From the IMG/VR virus record IMGVR_UViG_3300031555_001437: 64,000 nt of DNA; one strand, written 5' to 3'. The DNA comes from a virus. Taxonomy: Duplodnaviria > Caudoviricetes. Both the position numbers and the translations under genes were made by a program. Within the stretch, counting starts at the first letter, position 1. Each line of letters begins with the position of its first letter. Of the stretch, positions 27,650 through 38,260 are shown piece after piece. The notes beneath the pieces are model-generated. The model saw only the letters and a program-made list of their open reading frames with translations. It did not search any database and was not told the origin of the DNA.

Positions 27650-27902
27650 GCTCCAACTCTTTAATTCTTCTATCTAAAGCGTCTCTTTGCTTCTTCAATA
27701 GCTGTACATCAATTGGTTTAAACATACCCCAATCGCCGTGCGCACCACACCACCAATGGTCTTCACAACCTTCGGAAGAGATTGATCCTGAGCCAAACCA
27801 ATAAAAATCTTCAACCATCTCAATACAGTCTGTCTCTCTTGGACTTCCAACGTGATTGGCGCACAAGTGTCTTCTTTGACATTGACTGCTACAACAAACC
27901 AT
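27633..27902 (-). CDS. Hypothetical Cys-rich protein
   Basis: ORF in the packed operon. Confidence 0.5.
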   Translation of the reverse strand: MVCCSSQCQRRHLCANHVGSPRETDCIEMVEDFYWFGSGSISSEGCEDHWWCGAHGDWGMFKPIDVQLLKKQRDALDRRIKELERGEYD

Positions 27903-28234
27903 TATTTGCCCTCCGTATATGTTCCATATTTATTCCATTCTGAATTAATATCAGTTGCCGTAGACTGTGACCCGCCATTACTATTTAACGACGTTACAGT
28001 TCCATATGTAATCTCCCAATTACCCTGGCATGGGCATACATCTACGTGAGGAGCTACCCCTCGTCCACACACAGGACAAATCCACCCTTTCTGTTGCCAA
28101 AAACCATCTGGTAAAGGTAGGTCGCAATTTGAAGGTCTATATACTAAATCATTAACCGCGAAATTACACTTTGGACAATGTTCATTGCCGCCAGTAGTGC
28201 TTACCATCTCTTTCCCACATCTAATACACTGCAT
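27902..28234 (-). CDS. Zinc-ribbon hypothetical protein
   Basis: CIRCG, CPKC and GWICPVCG...CPC. Confidence 0.6.
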   Translation of the reverse strand: MQCIRCGKEMVSTTGGNEHCPKCNFAVNDLVYRPSNCDLPLPDGFWQQKGWICPVCGRGVAPHVDVCPCQGNWEITYGTVTSLNSNGGSQSTATDINSEWNKYGTYTEGK

Positions 28235-28246
28235 AATTAATCCTCC

Positions 28247-28447
28247 TTAATCAACCAAATCATATATGCCTAACTTGTTTTTTAAATTATACACCTCATC
28301 ACGATAATCACCAGAGTGGAAGAGCCGTCTTTGTTCATCTATTGCAATGTCCAACATTCTAAATGCCATTATTAAAAGAACCAACTCATCTTCTGTGAAA
28401 TCTTCTTTAGTGAACTCCCTCATCTTCATCCTCCACGTAATCATCAA
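28247..28447 (-). CDS. Hypothetical protein
   Basis: ORF in the packed operon. Confidence 0.45.
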   Translation of the reverse strand: MMITWRMKMREFTKEDFTEDELVLLIMAFRMLDIAIDEQRRLFHSGDYRDEVYNLKNKLGIYDLVD

Positions 28448-28607
28448 TAATCACACAACCGTCCATCTCGTTGACCCCTCTTGCAACATGCTCTGCCGCA
28501 ACATAGAAAAATGCGTTTCGATCCTTATATAAATTTTCGTTTGGAACTAACACCACGCAGTTATCTGGAAACTGCTCTAACTTTTCTTTGAGTTCTTTGA
28601 CCGTCAT
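28407..28607 (-). CDS. Hypothetical phage protein
   Basis: MTVKELKEKLEQFPD N-terminus common in small phage proteins. Confidence 0.55.
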   Translation of the reverse strand: MTVKELKEKLEQFPDNCVVLVPNENLYKDRNAFFYVAAEHVARGVNEMDGCVIIDDYVEDEDEGVH

Positions 28608-29644
28608 ATCTCATACTCACCTTCTGTTAAATTTTCTATCGGTTCAATTTCGTTCTTCAATATATATTCAAATTCCGCCTTTGTATCGTCGCAAGGTGCC
28701 GACTTGTTCGCAAGCGAAATATTGTTCTCCCAATTCCAGTATTTGATACATATTTGTCGCATTGTGCAAAATGTTTTCAGTAGGTCTGCATTTCGCTTTG
28801 TGTTCTCAATCGGTAGGCCCTTGTCTAAAAGAAAAGTGACACTCTTAGGGTTTAGAGATAATAGCAGCTTGACTTGAGTAGAACTTAATGAGTTGCTCCC
28901 CAAAGCGACAACATTGTTGTAACCCCATGAGTCTAGTTTAAGTACTGACTTCTCGCTTTCTACAACAAAAACGTCGCTCTCGTATAATGAACTGTAGTTT
29001 TCAGAGTACCCAAAAAGAGTCTGAGACATTGGACACGATGGAGTCAAATACAAATACTTTGCTTCATACTCATCTGGCTCGTAGTTGCATCGACCCTTTA
29101 TGCCAAGGAGCTCAGCTGTGCTTGTCCTAATTGGTAGCGTTATGCGTTGCGACTCCACACAGTATCCGACGCCCCACTTACGCTGCGTTGCGAGGCTTAT
29201 TCCATCTCGTAACCATAGTAGACAAGGCGTGTTGCCATATTGCTTCAAGGTCGTTTCTGGATATGTTGTCACCTCAATTTCACTATTTGAACGCGATATC
29301 TTATCATACAGACCACCAAACAATCCAGACCTACGCTTATAGCTATATAGCGAATCAAGATGCAACTCCTGCTTTACGGCATTCATTACATCTCTAAACG
29401 GAATATTCTTGCTTTTCACAAGATAGTTGAATAGATCACAAGACAAATTACGCTCGTAGTCTTTGACAAATAAACTGTCGTTGTCTTGTAACCTAACAAC
29501 AACTGCGGTGGGGTTCATGCCTTGTTCAAAAGCGCAGCGCAGTTCCTTGTGATTCCTGCGTATGCTATCAAAACCAAAGGCTTCAAGGATATGCTCTATG
29601 GACTCTGGTTGTTCTAACAGTTTTTCTTTGATATCTTCAAACAT
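28604..29644 (-). CDS. DNA primase (Toprim domain)
   Basis: RIT.PIR...G.KGR, KY, VVESEKSV and VALG; start placed at MFEDIK. Confidence 0.82.
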   Translation of the reverse strand: MFEDIKEKLLEQPESIEHILEAFGFDSIRRNHKELRCAFEQGMNPTAVVVRLQDNDSLFVKDYERNLSCDLFNYLVKSKNIPFRDVMNAVKQELHLDSLYSYKRRSGLFGGLYDKISRSNSEIEVTTYPETTLKQYGNTPCLLWLRDGISLATQRKWGVGYCVESQRITLPIRTSTAELLGIKGRCNYEPDEYEAKYLYLTPSCPMSQTLFGYSENYSSLYESDVFVVESEKSVLKLDSWGYNNVVALGSNSLSSTQVKLLLSLNPKSVTFLLDKGLPIENTKRNADLLKTFCTMRQICIKYWNWENNISLANKSAPCDDTKAEFEYILKNEIEPIENLTEGEYEI

Positions 29645-29663
29645 ATCCTTTTGCCTCCTATCT

Positions 29664-31004
29664 TTATCCCATTTTTGCTGCCGCTTGTAATAAAACATTG
29701 TGTTCATTTTGGATTTCTCCATCAATTACCATCTGCAATAACGTGCTCAATGTATGCCCTAATTTTTTCCCAGTTTCATATCCGATACTAATTAAATCAT
29801 TACCGTTAATCGCTAAATCTTTAGCGGAAAAACACTCGCCCTCTTGAAGCACATCTTCAAGTAGTTGCTCAATCACATCTACTTTTTCAATTCTTTCTGC
29901 ACCGTATTCTTTCTTTTGCCCTTTGATATCTGCTCTACGTACATTCAAAAGTCTTCTAAATTGTTCTTCTCCAATTTTATTGAGCCATCTTTTAATGTAC
30001 TTACGTCCGACTTCAAATGTGGCATCGTGATAATGAACCAATCCTGCTACGTCGTGTCGAGTTTTATTATCAAATCTCAGGCCTAGCATGATAGCGTCGG
30101 CTATCTCAGCACTTACTCTACCATGTCCTTTAAAATGCCTTGTCCCATCCTCGTCGTCTTGGTAACAATGCGGCTTTCCAAAGTCATGGAACAAAATAGC
30201 AAGTCGAGTTGTTAAGTCGCAAGACTCGTCATAACTTAATGCTTTTGCAGTATGGGTGAACACATCATAATCATGATACGGGTTGTTCTGCTGAAAATCT
30301 ACGATGTCACACATTTCGGGTATAATTTGGCAAAACACTCCGACATATAAACGTAGAACAAACGGGAATCTGTTGCATATTACCATTTTACACAACTCAC
30401 TATTGACGCGCTCTTTCGAAATATTCTTTAATAACTGTGCGTTTGAAATAATTGCGTACTTCGTGTGTTCCTCTATTTCAAAGTCCATCTGACAAGAAAA
30501 TCTCAGCGCCCGCAATACTCTCAATGCGTCTTCTTGAAATCTATCATTTGCATTTCCAACGCATCGAATTTTCATATCTTTGATATCATCTAAGCCACCA
30601 AACGGGTCTATTAATCCCTCTTCATCATTGTAGGCAATAGCGTTAATAGTGAAGTCTCGTCTACTTAAGTCTTCTTCCAGGTTTGAAGTAAACGTTACTG
30701 TATCTGGTCGACGATTGTCAGAATAATCTCCGTCAATTCGAAATGTGGTTACTTCGTAAGACTCATCACCAACAACTACAGTTAGAGTGCCGTGCTGCAA
30801 TCCAGTTTCAATTATTCTTTTATCATTAAAAATATTCAGCATCTCGCTCGGAGTGGCGGACGTGCAAATATCCCAGTCATTAGGAGTTCGACCAAGAATA
30901 CTATCTCTTACACATCCTCCAACTATATATGCAGCGTGTCCATGGCTTTGTAACATATGAATTAAATCATTTGCATGGTTTGGAATGTTAATATTAAATT
31001 TCAC
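29664..31004 (-). CDS. cca: CCA-adding enzyme / tRNA nucleotidyltransferase with HD domain
   Basis: VGGCVRD, DWDICT, RRDFTINA, EDALRVLRA, HT...LFHDFGK. Confidence 0.93.
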   Translation of the reverse strand: MKFNINIPNHANDLIHMLQSHGHAAYIVGGCVRDSILGRTPNDWDICTSATPSEMLNIFNDKRIIETGLQHGTLTVVVGDESYEVTTFRIDGDYSDNRRPDTVTFTSNLEEDLSRRDFTINAIAYNDEEGLIDPFGGLDDIKDMKIRCVGNANDRFQEDALRVLRALRFSCQMDFEIEEHTKYAIISNAQLLKNISKERVNSELCKMVICNRFPFVLRLYVGVFCQIIPEMCDIVDFQQNNPYHDYDVFTHTAKALSYDESCDLTTRLAILFHDFGKPHCYQDDEDGTRHFKGHGRVSAEIADAIMLGLRFDNKTRHDVAGLVHYHDATFEVGRKYIKRWLNKIGEEQFRRLLNVRRADIKGQKKEYGAERIEKVDVIEQLLEDVLQEGECFSAKDLAINGNDLISIGYETGKKLGHTLSTLLQMVIDGEIQNEHNVLLQAAAKMG

Positions 31005-32022
31005 CCTTTACCACCCTTTCATTTACGCTTGCAACAAACTCATTGATTGCTTTATAATTAGGCCCATCTGGAAGATTTGTATTTTTCTTTGCGTATTCAA
31101 GTCGCTTTTCACATTCATCAACCATTTCATAAAACTCTGCAATTGGCTGCCTATTATCGTCAAGATATTTACCGTTACGAATATCCATCAATAAGTCATG
31201 ATCTGCATCTCGATATGTAATAATTTGCTCTTTTTCAAGGATATCAAAACACATCATGTAAAGACGTATGAGGTGCATCATGTGCTTACCCAATTTATCA
31301 TGACTGATTGCTTTTTCGTTTCTGCTACCAATTTTGCCATACGACTTGACTATTTGCTGCATTTCAGCCCACATACCAGCATAATCCCTCAAAGGATAAT
31401 GGTTCAAATGCGCGTCCATAAAGATCTCGGTATCATATCCGTCTTGCACCGCCTTATCAATATATAATTTGATAGCATCATCTGGCATAGTTAAGTATCT
31501 GTCTTTGAACACATACTGGGCGTTTTCAATTGTTTTATAAATATGCTCTTCGTTTTGTGCTTGACCAACGAGTCGATTTGATTTGTTTTCAAGCCTTCTA
31601 AGCTGCTGATTAGCATATCCGCCAAAAGAATGAACTGCTCTCTTAGAAAGGAACAGATGTGCGTTGTCAAGAAGTTCGCGCCCAACAGGAGATATATAAA
31701 GATAGTGCTCTGGTTTATTGCCGAGCATCTCAATTGTGTTTGGATTGACATTGCTCAGCAGAGAGACCAACTTGTTAAAAGCATAAATAGTGGTGTCTGT
31801 TTCTTCGTTGACAAACTGCTCAAAATTCTCGTTAGTCAAAATCTGCATCTTACTATTCAGAGCACACCCACGAATATCCAAGTCACTATTCTCGTTGTTT
31901 GTTCCATAAGCGTGACTACCGCCAAGAGTTAAAAGAATGATATTCCGTCCAAGATTTGCATCAGTTTTTAAAAACCCATATTCATCCGAATTTACTTTCT
32001 GTCTAATCTGCTCAATGTTCAT
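30994..32022 (-). CDS. RlaP-like Pol-beta superfamily nucleotidyltransferase
   Basis: GGSHAYGT...SDLDIRG, NPN.IE.L, F.GYA..QL, K..MHL.RL and IRNG. Confidence 0.82.
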   Translation of the reverse strand: MNIEQIRQKVNSDEYGFLKTDANLGRNIILLTLGGSHAYGTNNENSDLDIRGCALNSKMQILTNENFEQFVNEETDTTIYAFNKLVSLLSNVNPNTIEMLGNKPEHYLYISPVGRELLDNAHLFLSKRAVHSFGGYANQQLRRLENKSNRLVGQAQNEEHIYKTIENAQYVFKDRYLTMPDDAIKLYIDKAVQDGYDTEIFMDAHLNHYPLRDYAGMWAEMQQIVKSYGKIGSRNEKAISHDKLGKHMMHLIRLYMMCFDILEKEQIITYRDADHDLLMDIRNGKYLDDNRQPIAEFYEMVDECEKRLEYAKKNTNLPDGPNYKAINEFVASVNERVVKGEI

Positions 32023-32039
32023 TTACTATACCTCTTTGT

Positions 32040-32317
32040 TCAATCGTCCATGTGCGACATTGCGTCGTCATATCCTTCCCAATTATCAACGCCCCAAGCT
32101 TCAAGAGCACACAACTTACTGTGGCTCTCACACAGTTCGTCGTACTCCTCTTTGGTGATTACATGATCACTTCCTTGCACTCTGACACCACGACCGCCAA
32201 CAACATCAAGTACCTTTTCAATCTGCTTAGATACATGTTCTTAAATACTTTGTCTGTTACAAGCGTCCACTCGCCATTGCGGCGCACCTCACACGCCATA
32301 TGAATATCTGTTCCCAT
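32040..32317 (-). pseudogene. Out-of-frame fusion of two phage gene fragments
   Basis: MGTDIHMACE... N-terminus followed, in another frame with no RBS-supported start, by ...LEAWGVDNWEGYDDAM. Confidence 0.45.
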
Positions 32318-32415
32318 GCGTCGTTTCTCCTTTTCATTTTGTCGCGTTATTATTATAGTCTCGCTTTGCAGTTTTGTCAAGATACCTTGGAATTTATTTA
32401 CAATTTGTTTACAAT

Positions 32416-33375
32416 TTAATCATTTTGTTGTGTGGCGAGTTGTGCGAGGGCTTGTTTTTCGGTGATCAGGCCGAGTGTGATAGCTCCAGGGATGATGGTG
32501 CCATCCTTGAGGGTTTGATTGTAAAGATAATGCCAAATGAAGCCGCCAGCCGTTTTGTGTTTCCCTTGACAGCATCTAATTATTCCTGATTTTAAAATAT
32601 CAAGTGCATCCGATGCTCCTTGTATCCAACTCCAAACCTTAATTAATTCATCGTTACCAGTGCATTGCACAATAGGCTTAGATAGTTTTAATCGATTATT
32701 TTCTTTCCATTCTGGCGTAGCGTTTCTGGCTGCAATTGCCTCTCTTTGCTTTTGCTTCGCCTCCTCTGTGTGCCGATGGTTGTGAAATCCTGCAGTTTCT
32801 TTTTGATTGGCAAGGCTCATATTCTTTCTGTGTTCATCTGTAAAAACCATTCCAACGTGAGACCTAGACATTTTTTCTTTAGTTTCTTCGCTATGATGTT
32901 TACCTTTCATAGTGCCAGGTTTACCAATTAAACTATTGCTGATTTTCTCCTTGTGCTCAACAGATAATACCTTCCCTCTATGTGCGTTGCCAATCTTATC
33001 TCTAGTTTCTTGCTTGACTTCTCTACCAGCAGACCCGTCTCCGCCGTCAGTTTCATTATACCCATATGCTGGTTTTTTGTATCTTCTGCAATTTGTTTTA
33101 AATAAGGCAATTAACATTTTTTCCATATGTTTTGCTTCGTCGTGGTCTAAATTAACAGCCCAAATAATATGCTCAAAACCATCCCATCCGTATTTTTGAA
33201 TAGCATTATAAAAAACTGGTTGAGAATTCTCTTGATATTTTTTACCATTTGCGCCCCATCGATTGAACGGATTACCCTTAGCAATTCCTATATATGCCTT
33301 ATTATTCGTAATACATTTGTGTATATAGATACTCCACTTGTTTTTGTTAAAAACTATATTTTCAATTGCATTCAT
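32416..33375 (-). CDS. GIY-YIG homing endonuclease with NUMOD3 repeats
   Basis: SIY...YIG, GYN.T.GGDG, repeated H.EE.K.K.S, C-terminal helix-turn-helix-like I..CC.GK.KTAGGF.W. Confidence 0.88.
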   Translation of the reverse strand: MNAIENIVFNKNKWSIYIHKCITNNKAYIGIAKGNPFNRWGANGKKYQENSQPVFYNAIQKYGWDGFEHIIWAVNLDHDEAKHMEKMLIALFKTNCRRYKKPAYGYNETDGGDGSAGREVKQETRDKIGNAHRGKVLSVEHKEKISNSLIGKPGTMKGKHHSEETKEKMSRSHVGMVFTDEHRKNMSLANQKETAGFHNHRHTEEAKQKQREAIAARNATPEWKENNRLKLSKPIVQCTGNDELIKVWSWIQGASDALDILKSGIIRCCQGKHKTAGGFIWHYLYNQTLKDGTIIPGAITLGLITEKQALAQLATQQND

Positions 33376-33387
33376 ACCTTTATTATT

Positions 33388-34971
33388 TTATCTTCCCTCT
33401 AATATATGTCCATGCTTTGGGCGACACCAACACGGTTCAGACCAAACTGCCATTGCGCCGAAAAACTTTAACATAATAGCGCATCCACTAGAGTCAGAGT
33501 TTTCAGAATTTCTTGACTTACCAAGAAAACACATTTTCCAAGAATATTTTGGATCACACTCATATGGGCGCTCCTCATATTCTCCAGTTGTTTCGTTTAA
33601 TACTTTTTGAAAAGGAGCGCAATAAAATCTGGTATTCGTCGGGTCCAACTCTTCTTTATATACATCTCTGAGGCAGAGCAGCGTATCCAACTGCTCAACA
33701 ATACCTTTAGCGCCACTAAGCATTTGAGAACCCAAGAACAAATTTCCTTTTTGATTTTGCGCCAACTGTACAGAACAACACATACAAATGTTCAACTTTT
33801 TTGCAAGAATATCTAAATCTCTACTATACTGAACCAGCTCTTCCCATCCTGCAAGACTATCATTTCTTCTGTTTGAGTCTGCAATCTTAAGGGTATCAAA
33901 GATAACCACTCCATAACCCAATTGTAAAGCATAGTATCTTACTTTGGATTTTACAATGTCGAAATTATTTTCTGCGAGCTGAATAAAATGAATCCTTCCA
34001 TTGTAATGCGCATTAAAATAATCCTTAGCCTTATTTACCATTTCAACTTGTTTTGCATCTCTTTTAAAGGAGCCAGACATTAACTTGTTTTTGGTTACAT
34101 CCGTATAATGAAAATGCTTGTACAAAATAAAGAGCAGCATATTCATCTTCCACACTTTTGACGACTGTTCGTTGCAAATTATCAAAATCTTTTCCGACAA
34201 AGCCATCGACATGGCCACTGAACTCCAAAAGCTTGTCTTTCCACTTGACGAAAATCCAGCAACATAATGACTAGCCTTCTTAGTGAAACCGAGAGTTAAT
34301 GACGATAAATACGGAAATACATTCATATCCTTCCCGTCACAATCCTTTCCAGCCTTTGCATATGGAACGCCGTATTCTTTTTCGTCTGCTAAGTCTTGAA
34401 TAAAATCATCCGTAATAACGACATCTTCATCTTCGAGAAGATTTACATCATATCCGCCATCATATACTTTGCACAATTGCGCTTCGTACCAATCTACAAT
34501 TTGATTTGCCTTCAAAGATTTAAAATACTCCAACGGAGTGATTTTTCTATCTCCAATAACCATTTCTTTTTCAAGGTTAAAACCTCTGTTATAGAGACGC
34601 AAAATTATGTTGCATTTAGACAGAGAATCCAAAATGCTATCCTTATTTCGCTCAGAAACTATGCTCGCGATGTTGTTAATTTCTTTCCAACCACCTCTGT
34701 TCTGAAACTGGTCTAGAATGTCTCGTTCAAGGTTACTAACAACAGCGACTTCATTAAACTCGACAATACCTTTCGACCTAAGCTGCTTTGCTACTTCGAA
34801 ATAAAACTTTCCATCAGACGATAAAAAATCTTTAGACGATAGTTTAGTTTCATCAAGAATTAATGGATCTTTCCAAATTAAACCTATTGCAGAAGCTTCG
34901 GCGTTTAATCGACCGTCTAATAATTTTTCATTGTACTTTGTTTCTACACCGCTAACCCATACATTTTTCAT
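33388..34971 (-). CDS. Replicative DnaB-like helicase
   Basis: GFSSSGKT Walker A, NEQ, FDTLK Walker B, VQL and KSRN. Confidence 0.85.
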   Translation of the reverse strand: MKNVWVSGVETKYNEKLLDGRLNAEASAIGLIWKDPLILDETKLSSKDFLSSDGKFYFEVAKQLRSKGIVEFNEVAVVSNLERDILDQFQNRGGWKEINNIASIVSERNKDSILDSLSKCNIILRLYNRGFNLEKEMVIGDRKITPLEYFKSLKANQIVDWYEAQLCKVYDGGYDVNLLEDEDVVITDDFIQDLADEKEYGVPYAKAGKDCDGKDMNVFPYLSSLTLGFTKKASHYVAGFSSSGKTSFWSSVAMSMALSEKILIICNEQSSKVWKMNMLLFILYKHFHYTDVTKNKLMSGSFKRDAKQVEMVNKAKDYFNAHYNGRIHFIQLAENNFDIVKSKVRYYALQLGYGVVIFDTLKIADSNRRNDSLAGWEELVQYSRDLDILAKKLNICMCCSVQLAQNQKGNLFLGSQMLSGAKGIVEQLDTLLCLRDVYKEELDPTNTRFYCAPFQKVLNETTGEYEERPYECDPKYSWKMCFLGKSRNSENSDSSGCAIMLKFFGAMAVWSEPCWCRPKHGHILEGR

Positions 34972-35483
34972 ATTAAATCATCCTCTACATCATACAATAT
35001 TTGTTCTTCTACTTTTGGTTTATGTTCTAGTGTTGGCTCAAAAAGTTCGAACGAATTTTCCTTAGAGATATTCGGGCTACATATAGTTACGCTCTTCGGT
35101 CTAAACCCCTTGATTTTATCTCTAATAATCGTACTTATATAACGAATTTTTGCGTATTCAGACGAACTCAACCTTGCAATCGCAGAGGTTAAATACGACT
35201 CGTTTTCCTCCAAGTACTTAGCGATTTTTGCGTTGTCAGCTACCTTTAACCACACCTGCCACTCTTTGTAAAGAGCAGTCGAAATAATTTCCTGCTCGCC
35301 CATAATTCCGCAAATCAGTCTGTACACTCTTTCTTTATCTGCAGCTTCGCGCTGTTTCTTTTGCTCGTTCTCGTTGTATTCATTAAGCGAGCAGTAATAC
35401 TTATTGCCGTTTTTCGCCGCAATTTTATATGCTGTATCTCTGTCAATCTTTTCCCCACAAATCTGACACTTAACAAGCATCAT
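34968..35483 (-). CDS. Hypothetical zinc-binding protein adjacent to the helicase
   Basis: CQICG...YYCS; overlaps the helicase start. Confidence 0.6.
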   Translation of the reverse strand: MMLVKCQICGEKIDRDTAYKIAAKNGNKYYCSLNEYNENEQKKQREAADKERVYRLICGIMGEQEIISTALYKEWQVWLKVADNAKIAKYLEENESYLTSAIARLSSSEYAKIRYISTIIRDKIKGFRPKSVTICSPNISKENSFELFEPTLEHKPKVEEQILYDVEDDLI

Positions 35484-35634
35484 TATCCCTCCTCATGAAA
35501 TCTTCCACACAACCAGGTCACAATAGGTATAAGCACCCACACCCAATACTGCCACGACAAAATACTGATGTCGTTAAGCGCAAGCATAGCTCCATTTAAA
35601 CCAGCACATAGCCAAAAAATAATCAATGCAATAT

Positions 35635-36006
35635 TCATTTCGTCGTGTTCTCCTTATCATAATAATTTCCTACGACTTCTCTGTCACACCAATCAAAATC
35701 ACCAAGACTAATTCCGCTCGAACCAACCATGTACATCCCGTGGTTCTTGCTCCAAATCACTCTGCCAGTCAAGCTGCCAAGATTGTCCCGCACTTTTACA
35801 ATATCATTCTCCCAAATCTTCTTGTGATTTACATCATACAGACCGGTAAACTCTGAGAGCGTCTCTGACACAATCGGATATGTAGTATATGCATAAAAAT
35901 CCCCGCAGTCTTCCTTAACTCTGATTCTGTCTTCATCATACGGCAAACCAATTACCCAGTTGTCGCTTGCCTGGCAAATTCCTTTAAAAAGTATGTCTCG
36001 GCACAT
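35635..36006 (-). CDS. YopX-family protein
   Basis: ILFKG...WV.G, EFTGL.D...KKIWENDIV, EVVGN.YD. Confidence 0.8.
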   Translation of the reverse strand: MCRDILFKGICQASDNWVIGLPYDEDRIRVKEDCGDFYAYTTYPIVSETLSEFTGLYDVNHKKIWENDIVKVRDNLGSLTGRVIWSKNHGMYMVGSSGISLGDFDWCDREVVGNYYDKENTTK

Positions 36007-36670
36007 TGATACATCCCCCTCCAGAATTCGTTGTGGTGGTAACAGAAGCGTAAAGACGTGACAAGTCTTCAATGGTATGTGACGTTGCGCTCGTACACCA
36101 TCTTAAATCAATGGTTTGACTCTCTGGTAAATACGGCTTCAACAATTCTGGGTTTGAAAACGCATTTCCGACAACCTCTAGTTCTGTGTTATCATCAAAC
36201 GGATGTTGCAACACTTGATATACAAAATCGCGCCAACTCATTTCCGCCGAACCACAGCTATAACGACCCTCAACTCCGCCATGTAATCTAGTTCCTGGTC
36301 GTGTTAACTGAATCGTAGAAAACATCTGTTCCTCTACGAACCACTGAACCAAAAATCTCTCAGTGCCATAACGATTTTTCGCCTGTAAGATATCCATGTG
36401 TCCGATGCGATGTCCTTTGTCGTCTGAATATGACAACACGGGGCAAATAGTTTCTGACATAATCGGAACCGCCTTGCCGTCAATAGTGCCAATGTCCCCG
36501 TCCAAATACGGGTAATCATATCTATGTTCTGGCTCTTCCTGCTCTAAAATGCAGCAAAAATTCTCAGCCTGAATTAGATTTCCCTCAATCCATCGGCCGT
36601 TCAACCAGACGCCGCTGTAATAAATTCTATCGTTGCTGTTTTGATCTTCGTGCCAACCTCTGAATATCAT
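35984..36670 (-). CDS. YopX-family protein
   Basis: IFRG...WIEGNL, D..G..I...DIL, LEVVGN.F.NPELL. Confidence 0.75.
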   Translation of the reverse strand: MIFRGWHEDQNSNDRIYYSGVWLNGRWIEGNLIQAENFCCILEQEEPEHRYDYPYLDGDIGTIDGKAVPIMSETICPVLSYSDDKGHRIGHMDILQAKNRYGTERFLVQWFVEEQMFSTIQLTRPGTRLHGGVEGRYSCGSAEMSWRDFVYQVLQHPFDDNTELEVVGNAFSNPELLKPYLPESQTIDLRWCTSATSHTIEDLSRLYASVTTTTNSGGGCINVPRHTF

Positions 36671-36790
36671 TATGTAACCCCCTTCATTTTGTCGCGTTCG
36701 TATTATACCATAACTTTTATGTTTTGTCAATACTGTTCATAAATTATTTACAAAAAGGCGGAAGAGTTGCCTCCCCCGCCATAAATCATA

Positions 36791-37954
36791 TTAGTTTAGA
36801 ATTGCCTTGATTTCCTTTAGAACATCAATGCCAAGTGAAGCATCGAGCTTAGTTGCTCCGTTAGAGGATAGAACTGCCTTTACAGACGCCTTGGTGTCTG
36901 CGTTTGCAGTCTTAAATGCTGCACGGATATCTGCCATAAGCTCGTCGACGCTAGGCTCGTCGTCAATATCGAAAGGAGCATTGTCTACGTCCTCGGTTAC
37001 CTCGTCGTAGAGCTGATCTTCAACCTCGTCTTCGTCAGCTGCAACAGTTACGGGTTCGGGCTTCGTAGACTTCTTGGTTACTGTTGTTGCAGGAGCGACA
37101 TCGCTACCTTCAGCTTTAATAGCATCTGTAATAGCTGCAATAAACTCGTCAACATCGAGATTGATTTCGTCTACTATCGTAGAAAATCTACTCTTTGCAT
37201 CTGCAATCATTGCAGAGTCTCTAAATTTAAGACGACGGCTCTCGTCGAGTACGGCGTCTCTTGTTTTCTTCTTCTTTGTAACAACATTTGCTTCTCCAAC
37301 TTCTTGTCTCTCAATTACTCTGTTGAAATATCCAAAGCTTACAATATGGCTAATATTTTTAATGCTGTTAAAGTACTTCATAGACATGTTTGCGGTTAGC
37401 GTTGTGTATGTGTTACCAGAGAACAAGTCCGTCTGATCTTTCTCTTTAACGTGAGCAGTCCACCACACTCTAACTCCAACGTTATCCAGTCTATTGATTT
37501 CTCTCTTAACTACATCAATGACTCTATCGAGACCCTTACCAAAACCGCCTTCGACTGAATTAATTGACGAAGCAGCCTTAAATCCCTGTTGCCCCATGTT
37601 TTCTGCATTCCATGCTTTTACAGTATATTCCTCTGCAATTTCGAATGCAGCGTCAAGAGTGTCCATAACGATAACCTTGAGGTCTGGATAATCAGAATCT
37701 TTATTTTTAACAATATCGTCTACAATTTCTTTAAATCTCTTCCATGTAGGAACTCTCTCTGCCACAACGCCATCAAGGGCTGAAATACCATTTTCGCTAC
37801 CCATATCGCACACGATGTAACCAGTGTCTCCAAACAACTTGTCGCACGTCTTATACATCAACGTGGTCTTTCCAAATCCACTCGGGGCCATGACTCCGAT
37901 CATGAAGTCGTTCATATTTTTTGATACAATATTTTTCTTTCCAAACTTACCCAT
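36791..37954 (-). CDS. AAA-family (Sak4/AAA_24-like) ATPase, recombination protein
   Basis: APSGFGKTT, E.G..AL, IVMDTLD and AH..EK; acidic linker. Confidence 0.78.
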   Translation of the reverse strand: MGKFGKKNIVSKNMNDFMIGVMAPSGFGKTTLMYKTCDKLFGDTGYIVCDMGSENGISALDGVVAERVPTWKRFKEIVDDIVKNKDSDYPDLKVIVMDTLDAAFEIAEEYTVKAWNAENMGQQGFKAASSINSVEGGFGKGLDRVIDVVKREINRLDNVGVRVWWTAHVKEKDQTDLFSGNTYTTLTANMSMKYFNSIKNISHIVSFGYFNRVIERQEVGEANVVTKKKKTRDAVLDESRRLKFRDSAMIADAKSRFSTIVDEINLDVDEFIAAITDAIKAEGSDVAPATTVTKKSTKPEPVTVAADEDEVEDQLYDEVTEDVDNAPFDIDDEPSVDELMADIRAAFKTANADTKASVKAVLSSNGATKLDASLGIDVLKEIKAILN

Positions 37955-37990
37955 ACTTTATTCTCCTTTATTCATTTTGTTGTGTTAAGA

Positions 37991-38260
37991 TTACGCCTCA
38001 ACGTCTTCCTCTCTCATAACCATCCAGTTGCCTGTCGTGGTCCAACCGCCGCCATCTTTCGCATTTGCTTCGCAGCACAAGAACACTGCCTCGTTGGTCA
38101 TCTTCTGCCACACCGCAAGGAACGCCTCGTTTACAGGCGTGTCCTCAACTCCAGGATACGTACCAATCAACGTCGCGGCCAGCTCCTGCATTGCATCAAC
38201 CATATCATTGTGAATATCAATTGCCTCGTAAATTCTCTCCATGCTCATTCCCTCCATCAA
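37991..38260 (-). CDS. Hypothetical protein
   Basis: Overlapping start/stop with the SSB-like gene. Confidence 0.5.
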   Translation of the reverse strand: MMEGMSMERIYEAIDIHNDMVDAMQELAATLIGTYPGVEDTPVNEAFLAVWQKMTNEAVFLCCEANAKDGGGWTTTGNWMVMREEDVEA

